A stretch of 57,699 nt of DNA, filler included, from Squatina squatina (lineage: Eukaryota): NCBI GenBank assembly GCA_031763465.1. It is 2 parts of 2 records of this genome, joined end to end, with 100 filler letters (N's around TTAATTAATTAA, not from the genome) between each part and the next. Parts side by side here need not be neighbours in the genome. Positions count along the whole stretch, not along the records: positions 1 to 29,870 come from JARFOE010000163.1; 1 more part is not named here. One strand, 5' to 3'. A model generated the notes under the pieces. It was not told where the DNA came from, ran no database searches, and worked only from the letters and a program-made list of their open reading frames with translations. A program made the position numbers and the translations under genes. This document shows positions 12,364-25,275 of the stretch, in pieces. Each line of letters starts with the position of its first letter. The stretch's first letter is position 1.

Positions 12364-15300
12364 CTGAAAGAGAGAACTCTGCAGCTTGAGAATGTTCTGT
12401 TGATATTGCTGTTGGTAAACAGGTTGTTCAACTGAAGGCAAAGAACAGAAAAAGTTGAAGAGATAAAAATAAAATAATTGATTTAAATATACATTTGCAA
12501 TAATTATTAAATTGCCAACTAACCTGGAAAGCAATAATATTTGATGCAGATTTGTACAGTGTAGAATTGGAATCTTGTAGACTTGCTGTCAGGGGCAGGT
12601 TAGTTATAATGAAGGTGACGTTGAAATCAAAGGGCTCTGCTTGAAGGTTTGGAGTTGTGGTTACCATTGGTGTTATCGCTATCAAGAAACATTAGTAAAG
12701 CATTACTCTGAGAATTAAACTGTGACTGCATCATCTGTATTATACTCAGTGAAGGCAAAATTAACCAAGAATATAGAAACAACAGCAGAGTATTTCAAGC
12801 TGGTGACCTCTCATTCAAAAGGATCGTGCAACAACTTTTTACCACACTTATGCATATACGCATCTCGGTGCAGTGAATCCACTTGAATTTGCAGAGTCTC
12901 TTACTGATATGTTCTTAAATATAAAATTAATTAAGAACATAAGAAATAGGAGCAGGAGTAGGCCATTCGGCTCCTCAAGCCTGCTCTGCCATTTGGTGAG
13001 ATCATGGCTGATCTGATTTTGGCCTCAACTCCATTTTCCTGCCTGTTCTACATAAGATAAAGGTTTTGGGAGAGAGTTCAAATCGACCATTTGTAATAAG
13101 TTAGATTAATTAAATGCGCAGATAGTTGTTAACGGTTATGATATAGTTGGGATCACGGAGACATGGCTCCAGGGTGACNNNNNNNNNNNNNNNNNNNNNN
13201 NNNNNNNNNNNNNNNNNNNNNNNNNNNNNNNNNNNNNNNNNNNNNNNNNNNNNNNNNNNNNNNNNNNNNNNNNNNNNNCTGAATGTATCTACTTTGCAAC
13301 TTGAGAATGTTGCATTGATGCTGCTGTTCTTAAACAGGTCATTGAGCTACAGGGATAAAAATACATTGCTTTAGTGAGAGAAACAAAGGAAATTAAGACC
13401 TAATGCTTCTCCACCAAACATACATGTAAAACTCTCTCACCTCATTTGCAATCATGATTTTCTGGTTAGAGTAGTTTGATTGAATTTCTTGGAATGCTGG
13501 ACTGTTTACAATGAATGTCACGTTATAGTCAATCGGTTTTGGTTCCTCGGTTGGAGTCTGTGTTACAGTTACAACTGGTATCACAGCTGTGGAAAGAGAG
13601 GAAAACAGTTTCGTGCACAGAAAGTACAAGAATGAGAATATGTTGAAAGAAATATTTCCCACTTCTGAAAGGTTAGACAGCTTAACCAACAGAATTGGGA
13701 AATCCCAAAGCAAGTTGATTCCATTGTTTGTAGTTTGTTAAATGGACTCCTACTCTGTGATCTGACCAAGAAAATATGCCAATCACTCTTGAAACACTTA
13801 ATTGATCTCAAGCTGTCCAACGAGTTTTTGATTCTTTGACATATGCAGACTGTTTTCTTCAAGCCACTAAAATATTATCTCTTCTATTTATGAATCAGCA
13901 TTCAGCTAAAAATAACCTGCTAAACTTTTAATGAAATATTCAAGAAATCATAACACAGCCTTCAGCAAATCTGATCTAACTGGAATAAGGTTGTTAGATT
14001 GTCAGTGATGTAATGAATAGGCAAACTTTTCCTAACAAATTGAAAATAACCAATACTCACTGGTTACAGGAGGTGATTCATGGTAATCTAAAAATATAAA
14101 ATATTGTGCTGTCACAGAAAGTTATCACAAGTTGTCACTCTGTTCAAATATACAATAATTTATGTTACCCATTAATTGCAACTAATCTGGCCAGTGACAA
14201 TTCTCCTCGGACAGCATTGTAATAGAAGGGGGAGCTGTAATGATTTCAGTAACATACATTCCTAAATGTTATAAATAAATATGGAAATTCATATTTGGTC
14301 AGTATGGTGACCATTTTCAATGCTTAGTAAATTGCTATGAGAAGCCAGCCAAACACAGGAGAATGATGGAATACAGGTCGACTGCAATGAGCAACTCAGA
14401 CTACTTAATCTGCTACTTGAGCCTTAGAAGAGCTGGGGCATTTATATACAACTGTTCCTGTGTTCACTGTCCAGAAGGGTGTAATAGCCCAAAAATTTAA
14501 TCATGGCTTCAAGAAGACATCAGTGTGAATAGTTTCGAATATTAGACTCTAGATGCGGGAGTGAGACTGATATGGAAAATAATTCAATTATGTTGTCACA
14601 TGCTGATCTCCATGGATAGCTCCATGCCCAAAGAAGAGCAGACAGGTGAGTAAATACCGGAGCCTCTCACTAGTCTTCCTTCTCATTGTGTGCTTCATGG
14701 GTAGAGGCAAAGAGAGTGACACGTGAGTCTCTCATGGAAGAAGTTAATCAAAATTCAATATTTGGCAAAATAGCTCTGAATTTTTCAATGTTGCAGCAGG
14801 TTGTGTAATCTCATGAAAATGTGTTTCTTTTCATGTCATTTTGTTTTGCAAAAAAACTGATACATTGTTTGTTGCCTCAGATACACATTGATGTTGTTTG
14901 CGACTCAGAGTCGTTTAGTGGTAATATGTATCATTTCCAGTGTGTGTGTGATCAGTAAAGTAAATGTACATGCTGGGACTCAGTATCTCTGACCACATTA
15001 CAGCTAAGCTGATGACTTGCTTCATTGGATACTTGGTCCTTCAGGTACAAGTGGTGCTTTATACTCTGCGTTTCATATGTTTCTGTACAATGCCCAACCT
15101 GTGATACATATACTACACAAAGAGTTACACAGAATTATCACTGGATAAGTACCATTTACATAGAGGCTGTAGTTGTCCAATGCATATGTTCTCAAGTTAG
15201 AAATGTCCTTGGTCTTGTTTTTAAGCACATCGTACACAATTACTCTGTCAAGTTCCTCAATGGTAGAATCATTTCGGAATGAACAGATTGCAGTCACTTT

Positions 15301-18300
15301 GGTGCTGTCATCATTTACCACACTGCAAAAAAACAAAAGAACTTAAGCATTAGCAGCAAATAATTTTCCACAACATCGTTTGTTAGGTCAATAAAAAAAG
15401 AATGATTAATTCGTTGATGGTCAAATCCAAGAGTTGCATTAAACGCCAATGAAGGAACCCTCGGTGAGATTAATATTTCTATCCATGACATTTCTATGTG
15501 GGACATTGACTTTGAGCATTCTGGGTAGCTGGGAATTTTACGTAACTGCAATATACTAACAAAATGATTCAAACAAATGAACTTTTAAATATTTAGTATG
15601 AATGGTAATATTCTTACCTGAATGTATCTACTTTGCAACTTGAGAATGTTGCATTGATGCTGCTGTTCTTAAACAGGTCATTGAGCTACAGGGAGAAAAA
15701 ATACATTGCTTTAGTGAGAGAAACAAAGGAAATTGAGATCTAATGCTTCTCCACCAAACATACATGTACAACTATCTCACCTCATTTGCAATCATGATTT
15801 TCTGGTTGGAGTAGTTCGAGGTAATTTCTACAAATGCTGGACTCTTTACAATGAACGTCACATTATAGTCAATTGGTTTGGGTTCCTTGGTTGGAGTCTG
15901 TGTTACAGTTACGACTGGAATTGCAGCTGTGGAAAGAGAGGGAAAGAGTTTCGTGCACAGTAAGTACAAAAATGAGAATGTCTTGAAAGAACTATTTCCC
16001 ACTCTTGAAACGTTAGACTCCTTAACCAGCAGAATGCGGAAATCCCAAATTAAGGTAATTCCAATATTTGCTTTTTGTTAAATGGACTCCTTCTCCATGA
16101 TCTGACCAGGAACATATGTCAATCACTCTTGAAACACTTAATTGATCTGAAGCTTCCCAACCAGTTTTTGGTTCTTTGACAAATGTAGGCTGTTTTCTTC
16201 AAGCAATTAAAGATGTTATTTCATCTGTTTATTAATCAACATTCAGCCCAAATGAACCTGGTGAATCTATTAATCAAATATTCAGTCAATTATAGCACCA
16301 TCTTTACCAAACCTGATCTAGCCAGAATAAGATTGCTTAGATTGTCAGTGATGTAATGAATATGCAAACTTTCCCAAAAAACTTGAGAAGAAACCATACT
16401 CACTGGTTACAGGAGGTGATTCATGGTAATCTGAAAATATAAGTAGAGTATGCTGTCACAGAAAGTTATCATAAGACATCATTCTTCTCAAATATACAAT
16501 AATTGATGTCACCCATTAACTTCCACTAATCTGGCCAATGTCAAATCTCCCCAGATAGAAGCTATCAATAGTTCAGAATTTTAGACTGCACATGCGGCAG
16601 TGAATATGATATGGAAAACACTTCAATTATATTGTCAGATGCTGATATCAATTGATCGCTCCATGGCCAAAGAGCATACAGAAAAGTAACTACAGGCACC
16701 TCTCACTAGTGTACCTTCTCATTGCTTGCTTCATGGGTAGAGGCAAACAGAGTTTCTGGTGAGTCTCTCTTGTGAAAGAAGTTAATCCAAATTCCGAATT
16801 CGCCTAAATAGCTCAGAATTTTTTTAATGTTGCACCAGATTGTGTAATTGTGTGAAAATAGATTTGTTTTCCTTTTATTTCATTTCATAATTAACCCGAT
16901 TCATTGTTTGTTGCCTCAGATACACGTTAATGCTGCTTCCTGCTCAGAGAGGTAGAGTGGTAATATATATCTTTTCCAGGGTGTGCATTATCAGAATGAA
17001 AGAGTTGCGTGGTTCATTCTAGGACTCAGTATCTCTGACCAAATGACAGCTACGCTGATGAATTGCTTCATTGGATATTTTGCCCTGCAGGTGCAAGTGG
17101 TGCTTTGAAGTCTGCATTAGGAAAGTTTCTGTACCCTGCCTAAACTGTAGCGCGTGTACCATACAAAGAGTTCCACTGAATAATTACTGGATAAGTACCA
17201 TTTACATAGAGGCTGTGGTTGTCCACTGCATCTGGCCCCAAGTAAGAAATGTCCTGAGTCTTGTTCTTAAGCACATGGTACACAAGTACTCTGTTGACCT
17301 CCTCGATGGTAGAATCATTTCGGAATGAACAGATTGCAGTCACTTTGGTGCTGTCACCATTTACCACACTGCAAAAAAACGAAAGAAGTTAAATATTGAC
17401 AGCGAATAATTTTCCACAGCATCGTTAGTTAGGTCACTAAAAAAAGAATGATTAATTCGTTGATGGTCAAATCCAAGAGTTACATCAAACGTCAATGAAG
17501 GAACCCTCGGAGGAATTAATATTTCTCTCCGTGACATTTCTATCTAGGTCATTTACTTTGAGCATTCTGGGTAGCTGCGAATTTTACGTACATTGCAGTA
17601 TACTAACAAAATGATTCAAACAAATGAACTTTTAAATATTTAGTATGAACAATAATATTTCTTACCTGAATGTATCTACTTTGCAACTTGAGAATGTTGC
17701 ATTGATGCTGCTGTTCTTAAACAGGTCATGGAGCTACAGGGATAAAAATACATTGCTTTAGTGAGAGAAACAAAGGAAATTAAGATCTAATGCTTCTCCA
17801 CCAAACATACATGTACAACTCTCTCACCTCATTTGCAATCATGATTTTCAGGTGAGAGTAGTTTGATTGAATTTCTCCGAATGTTGGACTCTTTACAATG
17901 AACGTCACATTATAGTCATTTGGTTTGGGCTCCTTGGTTGGAGTCTGTGTTACAGTTACGACGGGTATGGCAGCTGTGGAAAGAGAGGGAAAGGGATTCG
18001 TGCGTAGTAAGTACAAAAGTGAGAATCTATTGAAAGAACTATCTCCTCGCTTTTGAAATGACAGCTTAAACAGTGGAATGGAAAATCCCAAAGGAAGTTG
18101 ATTCCAAAGTTTGTTTTTTGTTAAATGGACTCCTGCTCCACGATCTGCCCAGAACATAAATCAACCAGTCTTGAATCACTGCTTTCATCCGGAGGTACCC
18201 AACAAGCTTTTGTGTCTTTGAAAAATGGAGGCTGTTTTCCTCAAGTAACTAAAGGTGTTATCTCATCTATTTACTAATCAAAAGTCAGCCCCAAATAACC

Positions 18301-18472
18301 AGCTGAACATTTTAATGATAAATTCAAGAAATCATAACACAACCTTGACCAAATCTGATCTAATTAGAATAAGCTTGCTCAGACTGTCAGTGATGTAATG
18401 AATAGGCAATCTTTTCCTCACAAATTGAAAAGAAACCATACTCACTGGTTCCAGGAGGTGACTCATGGTATT
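12364..18472 (-). CDS. Tandem SEA-repeat exons of MUC16-like mucin (18446-18472, 17828-17973, 17666-17733, 17199-17368, 16404-16430, 15781-15926, 15618-15685, 15153-15322, 14061-14087, 13441-13586, 13279-13346, 12524-12678, 12364-12431)
   Basis: Repeating 27/146/68/170-nt exon cycle with canonical sites and continuous phase from 18472 to 13279: YHESPPVT | AIPVVTVTQTPTKEPKPIDYNVTFIV...IMIANE | LNDLFKNSSINATFSSCKVDTFS | VVNDDSTKVTAICSFRND...LDNYSLYVN. Exons are missing at gaps 13179-13278 and 12231-12330. Confidence 0.9.
12932..13178. mobile_element. CR1/HER1-type LINE fragments: 3' tail (minus) and APE endonuclease piece (plus)
   Basis: AAGAACATAAGAAATAGGAGCAGGAGTAGGCCATT tail motif, then a plus-strand GYDIVGITETWLQGD apurinic endonuclease motif. 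Confidence 0.7.
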
Positions 18473-18879
18473 CTGAAAATAGAAATAGAGTTTGCCGTCA
18501 CAGAAAGTTATCACAAGTCATCACTCTATTCAAATATACAGTAATTGATGTCACCCATTAATTGCAACTAATCTGACCAATGTCAAATCTCCTCGGACAA
18601 CATTTGAATGGATAGGGGACCTAATTGACATGATTTCAGCAACATACCTTTCTAAATTTCAATAATCAATCTGCCATTTGATCTATGAAAGAGCTTTAAA
18701 TGGGCTGGACCACAAATGCGGCAGTGAGTCTTTTATGGAAACACTTCAATTATGTTGTCAGATGCTGATCTCCATGGATAGCTCCATGCCCAAAGAAGAG
18801 CAAACAGATCAGTCTTCCTTCTCATTGTTTGCTTCATGGGCAGAGGCAAAGGGAGTGACACGTGAGTCTGTATTCAAAA

Positions 18880-19047
18880 GCAAGTTCGATGTGGCCCTTA
18901 CTACAAGGGGGATCAGTGGGTATGGAGAGAAAGCAGGTACGGGGTACTGAGTTGAAAGATCAGCCATGATCGTGTTGAATGGCGGTGCAGGCTCGAAGGG
19001 CTGAATGGCCTTCTCCTGCACTTATTTTCTATGTTTCTATGTTTCTA
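18880..19047 (+). mobile_element. CR1/HER1-type LINE 3' end
   Basis: ...GATCAGCCATGATCG...GGCTCGAAGGGCTGAATGGCCT...TTTCTATGTTTCTATGTTTCTAT, an 8-bp tandem tail typical of CR1. Confidence 0.7.
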
Positions 19048-20472
19048 TATGCTAATCAGTGGAGAGAAGGCTTGTGGAAGCTGTAACAGTCGACTAAATG
19101 CTAATCAGTGTAGAGAAGGCCTGGGGTAGCTGTAACACAGGTCTGTATGCTAATCAGTGGAGAGAAGGCCTGGGGAAGCTGAAACGCAGAACTATATGCA
19201 TTCTAATCAGTGGAGAGAAGGCCTGGGGAAGCTGTAAAAAAGGGCAATATGCCAATTGGCGTAGAGAAGGCCTGGGGAAGCTGTAACAAAGGGCAATATG
19301 CCAATTGGTGTAGAGAAGGCCTGGGAAAGCTGTAACACAGGATTGTATGCTAATCAGTGAAGAGAGGGCCTGGGGAAGCTTTAACCCAGGACTATATGAT
19401 AATAACTGCAGAGAAAGCCTGGTGAAGCTGCGACACAGGAGTATATGATAATCAGTGGCTCCAAGGCCTGGGGAAGCTGTAACACAGGACTATATGATAA
19501 TAAGTGGAGAGAAGGCCTGGGGAAGCTGTAACACAGGTTTACATGCTAAGCAGTGGAGAGAAGACCTGGTGAAGCTGTGGCACATGACTATATGCTAATC
19601 AGTGGACAGAAGACATGGGGAAGCTGTAACACAAGTCAATAATCTAATCAGTGGAGAGGCGGCCTGGGGAAGCTGTAGCACAGGACGATATGCTAATCAG
19701 TGGAGAGAAGGACTGGGGAAGCTGTAACAAAAGACAATAATCTAATCATTGGAGAGAAGGCTTGGGGAAGCTGTAACACAGGACTATAATCTAATCAGTG
19801 GAGAGTATACCTGTGGAAGCTGTAACACAGGACTATGGGTTAATCAGTGGAGTGTCGGTCAGGGGAAGCTGTAACACATGACTTTAAGGTCATTAGTGGA
19901 GCGAAGGGCGGAAGAAGCTGTCACACCGGACTATATCCTAAACAGTGGATAGAAGACCTGGGAAAGCTGTGACACAGGACAATAAGCTAATCCGAGGAGA
20001 GATGGCTTGGGGAAGCTGCAACACAGGATGAAGTGCCTGCTAAAGAAGCGAAATACTGCAGATGATGGAATCTAGAACACAAACAAAAATGCTGGAAATA
20101 CTCATCAATTCAGGCAGCATCTGTGGAGAGAAAAACAGATTCTACATTCCAGGTCGATGAACCATTGCCAGAACTGAAAAAAGGCTGTTGCACAGGACGA
20201 TATGCTGATCAGTGAAGAGAAGGCCTGGGGAAGCTGTAACATCGGACTATATGCTAATCGGTGGAGAGAAGGCCTGGGAAGGCTGTAACATCGGACTATA
20301 GGCTAATCAGCAGAGAGAAGGCCTGGGGAAGCTGTAACATAGGACTTTATGCTAATCAGTGGAGAGAAGGCCTGGGGAAGCTGCAACACAGGACTATATG
20401 CTAGTTATTGGAGAGAAGGCCTGGGGAAGCTGTAAAACAGGACTATGTGCTGGTGATTGGAGAGAAGGCCTG
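19045..20472. repeat. 49-bp minisatellite, interrupted by a ~150-bp interspersed repeat at about 20030-20180
   Basis: Consensus CTATATGCTAATCAGTGGAGAGAAGGCCTGGGGAAGCTGTAACACAGGA, roughly 25 diverged copies. Confidence 0.9.
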
Positions 20473-20474
20473 TG

Positions 20475-21180
20475 GACCAGCCCATCCCGTGTATTATCAC
20501 TTGGTTCAGTACATTGCCTGGGCTCTAGATCTTGGACAATGTTTTCTATTGTGACCCGGTTCAGTGCATTTCCTGGGGTTCATGGCCCTGATCCTCCAAT
20601 TTATAATGACCTGGTTCAGCCCATTCCCTGGGGTTTATATCCAGGAACATCCCCTGTGTTATGAAGTGGGTCAGTACATTCTCTGGGGTTTACATCCTGG
20701 AGCATCCCATATATTGTCACCAGGTTCACTAAATTCACTGCGGATTATATGCTGGACATCCCCTGTATTGTGACCCAGTTCAGCCCATTCCCTGGGGTTT
20801 GTATCCTGGACAATCCGCTTTATTATGACCTGGTTCACTACATTTCCTGGGGTTTATCTCCTGGTCCGTCCCGTGTATTGTGACCAAGTTCAGCCCATTC
20901 CCTGGGGTTTATTTCCTGGACCATCCCCTTTATTATGACCTGGTTCACTACATTCCCTGGGGTTTATCTCCTGGACCGTCCCGTGAATTGTGACCCAGTT
21001 CAGTCCATTCCCTCGGGTTTATCCCTGGACAATCCCCTGTATCCTGACCCAGTTCAGCCCATTCGCTGAGGTTTATATCCTGGATCACTGTATTATGACC
21101 AGGATCAGTATATTTCCCTAGAGGTTATATCCCAGATGATCCCCTGTGTTAGGAGACGATTCAGTCCATTCCACGGGAAC
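20475..21180. repeat. ~55-bp minisatellite
   Basis: Consensus TGACCCAGTTCAGCCCATTCCCTGGGGTTTATATCCTGGACATCCCCTGTATTG, about a dozen copies. Confidence 0.85.
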
Positions 21181-22889
21181 TGATGCTGACATTAATCTGC
21201 CCTCCGTGTCGCTGCTGTTCCCAGTTTAATTGTCCAATCTGCCCCTCTGAAACTGAAAGTAAATGATTGTAGAGTCTGGAACAGGATCACTGAAAGTAAA
21301 ATCGGGCTGATGAGTGGACATGAAACAAACAGGCTGCTCCAATCTCTGCCCGGCTCAGCGTGTCCCAGCTTTGTTTTTATCGGTCTTTACACCGAGAATA
21401 GCGGATAATTAGTTTAAGTTCACGCACTTTAACTCTGAGTTCTGTGTTGATTCCATTGTCGAAGACTACAACTGGGCTCGCTGCAGTGCAGCAGTTTGTA
21501 TCTGACAGCAAATTCTGGATTTCTGCATTTAACTGCGCATGTGCGGCCGTCATTATTCTCTGTCCATTTTAGCCAATGATCATGGTCAGGGCTGACAGCC
21601 TCGCCGTTATTCATACCGCAGAAATCAAGTCCCGTCTGTGTATCTGGACTTGGTCGAACACAATAAACAGTAGGTGTAAACCATACTTTGGTGTCAGAAT
21701 TGAACTGCTTACAATCCTCAAACTGTTAATTAATGTCGCGATTATTTTATTGTGGACCTGTTGTGATCTGCGGTGATTGTCCATTTCCTGGGATGAATGA
21801 AGGTGCAGTGTGAGGTGACAGAATGCCGAGGTGCCAATTCCCGCAGTAGTTCCACTGGGAGAGCGAGACTCTGTAACTCAGTGAGGACAGAGCATTCTTT
21901 GGTGTGGAATGACGGGAAGCTTCAGGACGGTGGCATCATCCTGGGGAGAGCCTCTCTTTGGGTTTAATGTGATTATTATAATGATGAGACCAAGCCTGAA
22001 GCTGGTATTTCATTGGGGCCTAATCAAAGCCTCACACAGTGGATGCCATTACTCCTTCCCACCCCTTGTTACTCACATTGGAATGTGAGGGTAGATCACC
22101 TGTGAACAACGAGGAACTGATTAACCTGGTGCCATTTTCTCAATGAGTTGTCACAATATGTGTCCAGGAAATCAAACCATACTCAACAAATATCCTTTAT
22201 ATGGCCGATAAAGGTGCAACAGAGACCCGGCTGTTCAACATCAATATTTTTCACAGAACTTTTTTTGCAAATCTGTTGCCTGAAATGTCGTCATTATTAA
22301 TTTTACTTTAAACCTTCTTGATTTACATATTTGAGCATTTGTATTTGGAAGGTTGATTGAGGCCGCAATAGCTAAATGATTTCTTATGATTCCTTTAGTT
22401 GCAAAAGTGAGGACCAAACAAGTGCAGCCTTCATTGTTTGAAAGCAACATTTTCGTTTGAAGTGTGAACTGTAAACAGAGATGAATAACGTCACATTGAT
22501 GGGTCAAGTTGCTACTCTCTCCATTATTAACCACTTATCAGCAAACCGGGTGTGTTTAATTGTGACAGGAGACAGTGGGATCTGACGGGGAAAGCGGAGC
22601 CTGCAACATTCTTCCCAATGTTCCACAACAGCTACACATAACTAGGATGAAAGAGCCCTGTTTCTCTGCACTAATGAAAGAAGTATTCATCAATTTATCT
22701 GAGGTGTCCTATTCCGGTACCTGCGGTGGAAGTCAGATAACGCTGATACACACACGTTCTACTGCACTGGGGAAGCTCAATCATGACTGTTCTCTTTGAA
22801 TGTCCAGGTTAAAATCAGCTGGTTTAGGAGAAAAATTTCAGAATGAAGCGAGTAAAAACCAGGTAAGCGTATAACAAATACTTACTACA

Positions 22890-23560
22890 AAACAGAACAA
22901 AGTACATAGATTACACAGGAACTGGCGTGTCTGCCCAACCTATTAATGCCGATTTTATGCTCAAACCCTACTTCTTCTAACCCTATCAGAGTGTCCTTCT
23001 CTACGTCCAGGAGCTTATCCAGCTTCCGCTTATGTACATCTCTGCTATTCGCCTCGACCAATCCCTGTGGTGGCAAGTTCCACATTACAGTCTGTGTAAA
23101 GAAGCTTTCCCTGAATTCCAGATTGACTTTATCAGTAAACATCTTATATTTTAAACTCATTTTGTCGAAATCCTCTACAAGAGGAAACATCTTCCCTTGA
23201 ATGACCGCCATTAGGTCACCCCTCAGCCTTCTCTTTTCTAGAGCAAAGAATCCCAGCCTGTTCGGTCTTTCCTGATAGTTGCGCTCTCTCATTTACGGTT
23301 TCACCCTGGCAAATCGTTTTTGCTACCGCTCAAATGCTGTTTCATAATATGGAGACCAGAACTGTTCAAAGAACTCCCTGTGTTGCCTGAACAAAGGTCT
23401 GTATAAATTTAACATCGCTTCTCTGCTTTTGAATTCTATTCCTCTCTAATGAGTCTCATTAATTTCTTTGTATGTTTGTGCAATTCTTATCTTGCCTTAT
23501 TACATTTAATGATTTGTGAATCTGTACCCAAAGATCACTTTGCTCCTCTGCCCGCTTTGG
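22890..23560 (-). mobile_element. CR1 LINE ORF2 3' fragment
   Basis: RLGFFALEKRRLRGDL...FFTQTVMWNLPP, the degraded CR1 ORF2 C-terminal motif. Confidence 0.75.
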
Positions 23561-25275
23561 ACTGTTTTTAAATGTTTTCTGTTACCTGTTCAGTTTCACA
23601 AGAGCAATCCATTTTGTCATAACAAGAAAGATCTCCCCTCTTCGCTGGAGCACGGGCTGAAATTGAGCTCAGATTATAAGAGGGAGATTTAGATTGACTT
23701 CCTTGCTTTTCATTATTTAAACAATCTCAGAATCAGTGTTCAGGGAGATTTAACCACATTCTTCAGCGCTTCGCTGAATTTTCTCTTGGCAGCTTCCTAA
23801 TTACAGGTGTTTTGGCAGGAACTCAAATATATCAGCTTAAATGCGGTTTGAGTGGCGATATATCCAGGGCTTGCATAATTACCTGGGAAATGTGTGATGG
23901 TTTTCATTCGGGTAGGTAGAAACTCACGGCGGCTGAGATCCCCAAGAGTGTAAAACAGCGCTATTTAGTGAAGAGTATAATGATGGATTTCCTTCGGTTC
24001 TCAATGTCCGAATCCGACTGACTCTCACTGCTGTGGTTCCGAAGTCTTCAACGGGCTTTACAGACTGATAAAATATGCCTGACTGTCAAATTGTTAAATA
24101 ATGCCGTCACAATAAAGGGAAGCCATGAGACTGAATTAATATGGACCATGTTGTTTGCTGCCAACAACGGTAATCTCAGGAATTCTGCTGTGATCCGGCA
24201 AATCCAATACACACTGTTAATAATTCGTTCAGGTTTATGTGAAAACTAAATGGGGACCCTCTTTTAATAGGTCCAGTCGGAGGCAGATACAACAACGGCC
24301 GTCGCAGTGCTCTTGGGGCAATACTTTGCTTTGAACTTCCGGCAGCAGATCGCCAGAAATCGGGCACAACCGTGAGCACCAAAGTAACATGAAAAGGTTC
24401 AGTTTCATTTCTGAACTCATTTTCAGTGTTGGTAACACAGGTTACTCACAGGTGCAGGACTGGCTACGCTTATTAAAACCTTATTTGAGCTGATAAAGCA
24501 GTTGGCTGAATTAATAAAACTGCACCAGGTTACCACTAGTAAATGCATCAAGGAATACATTTAAAATGGAAAAAATGAATAAAGAATTTGTTACGCTCTA
24601 TGGCGCTGCGCTTTTGCTGTCGGGGTTAGGCTGACTCTCTGTTCGGGAGGAGTTGGGCACGAGGAGTGATTCCAGGGCAGAGAGCGGGCGATTACGACAA
24701 GGGGAGCTGCCTTCACAAGCCTTGTAGTAGTAGGATCAGCGTAATGGGATAATACAACTTTAAATTTGTAAATAATGTTTCACTTGTGTTCTATAAACTG
24801 TCCAATAACCATTTCAACTATTTGTCTTGATTCGATGTGTCAGAGAAAGAAACAACTTAGTTAAGACTATTTGTAAAATTACTGTAACTAATGCTGTAAT
24901 GATGTAGCCTGATTGCCTCCTGAAGATTGATGTGTGGATAAATATAGGTTCCCTTCCATAGCCGCAGTCTCCCGCCAATCAGAATCTTTCGGATTCGACA
25001 GAATTCATCAGATCTCAAGAAAATGAGACAACCGACTATTCTGCCGATCAAAGAGATTTACTAACCGATTTTCGCCGCCGTCGGTGTCCCCGGTGAGCAA
25101 TTGTAACATTTGTGATGTTAATCAGTGTTACTGTCTCTGTTCTTATCGCATGTTGGGTAATGTAACGTCTATGCCNNNNNNNNNNNNNNNNNNNNNNNNN
25201 NNNNNNNNNNNNNNNNNNNNNNNNNNNNNNNNNNNNNNNNNNNNNNNNNNNNNNNNNNNNNNNNNNNNNNNNNNN

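Noticed and set aside
19045-21180. CRISPR-like appearance of regularly spaced repeats
   Set aside because: Units are contiguous degenerate tandem copies with no unique spacers and no cas genes, in a vertebrate context.
24176-24420. Minus-strand NETEPFHVTLVLT resembling a SEA N-terminus
   Set aside because: Similarity does not continue, there is an in-frame stop just upstream, and no donor or 68-nt partner exon follows.
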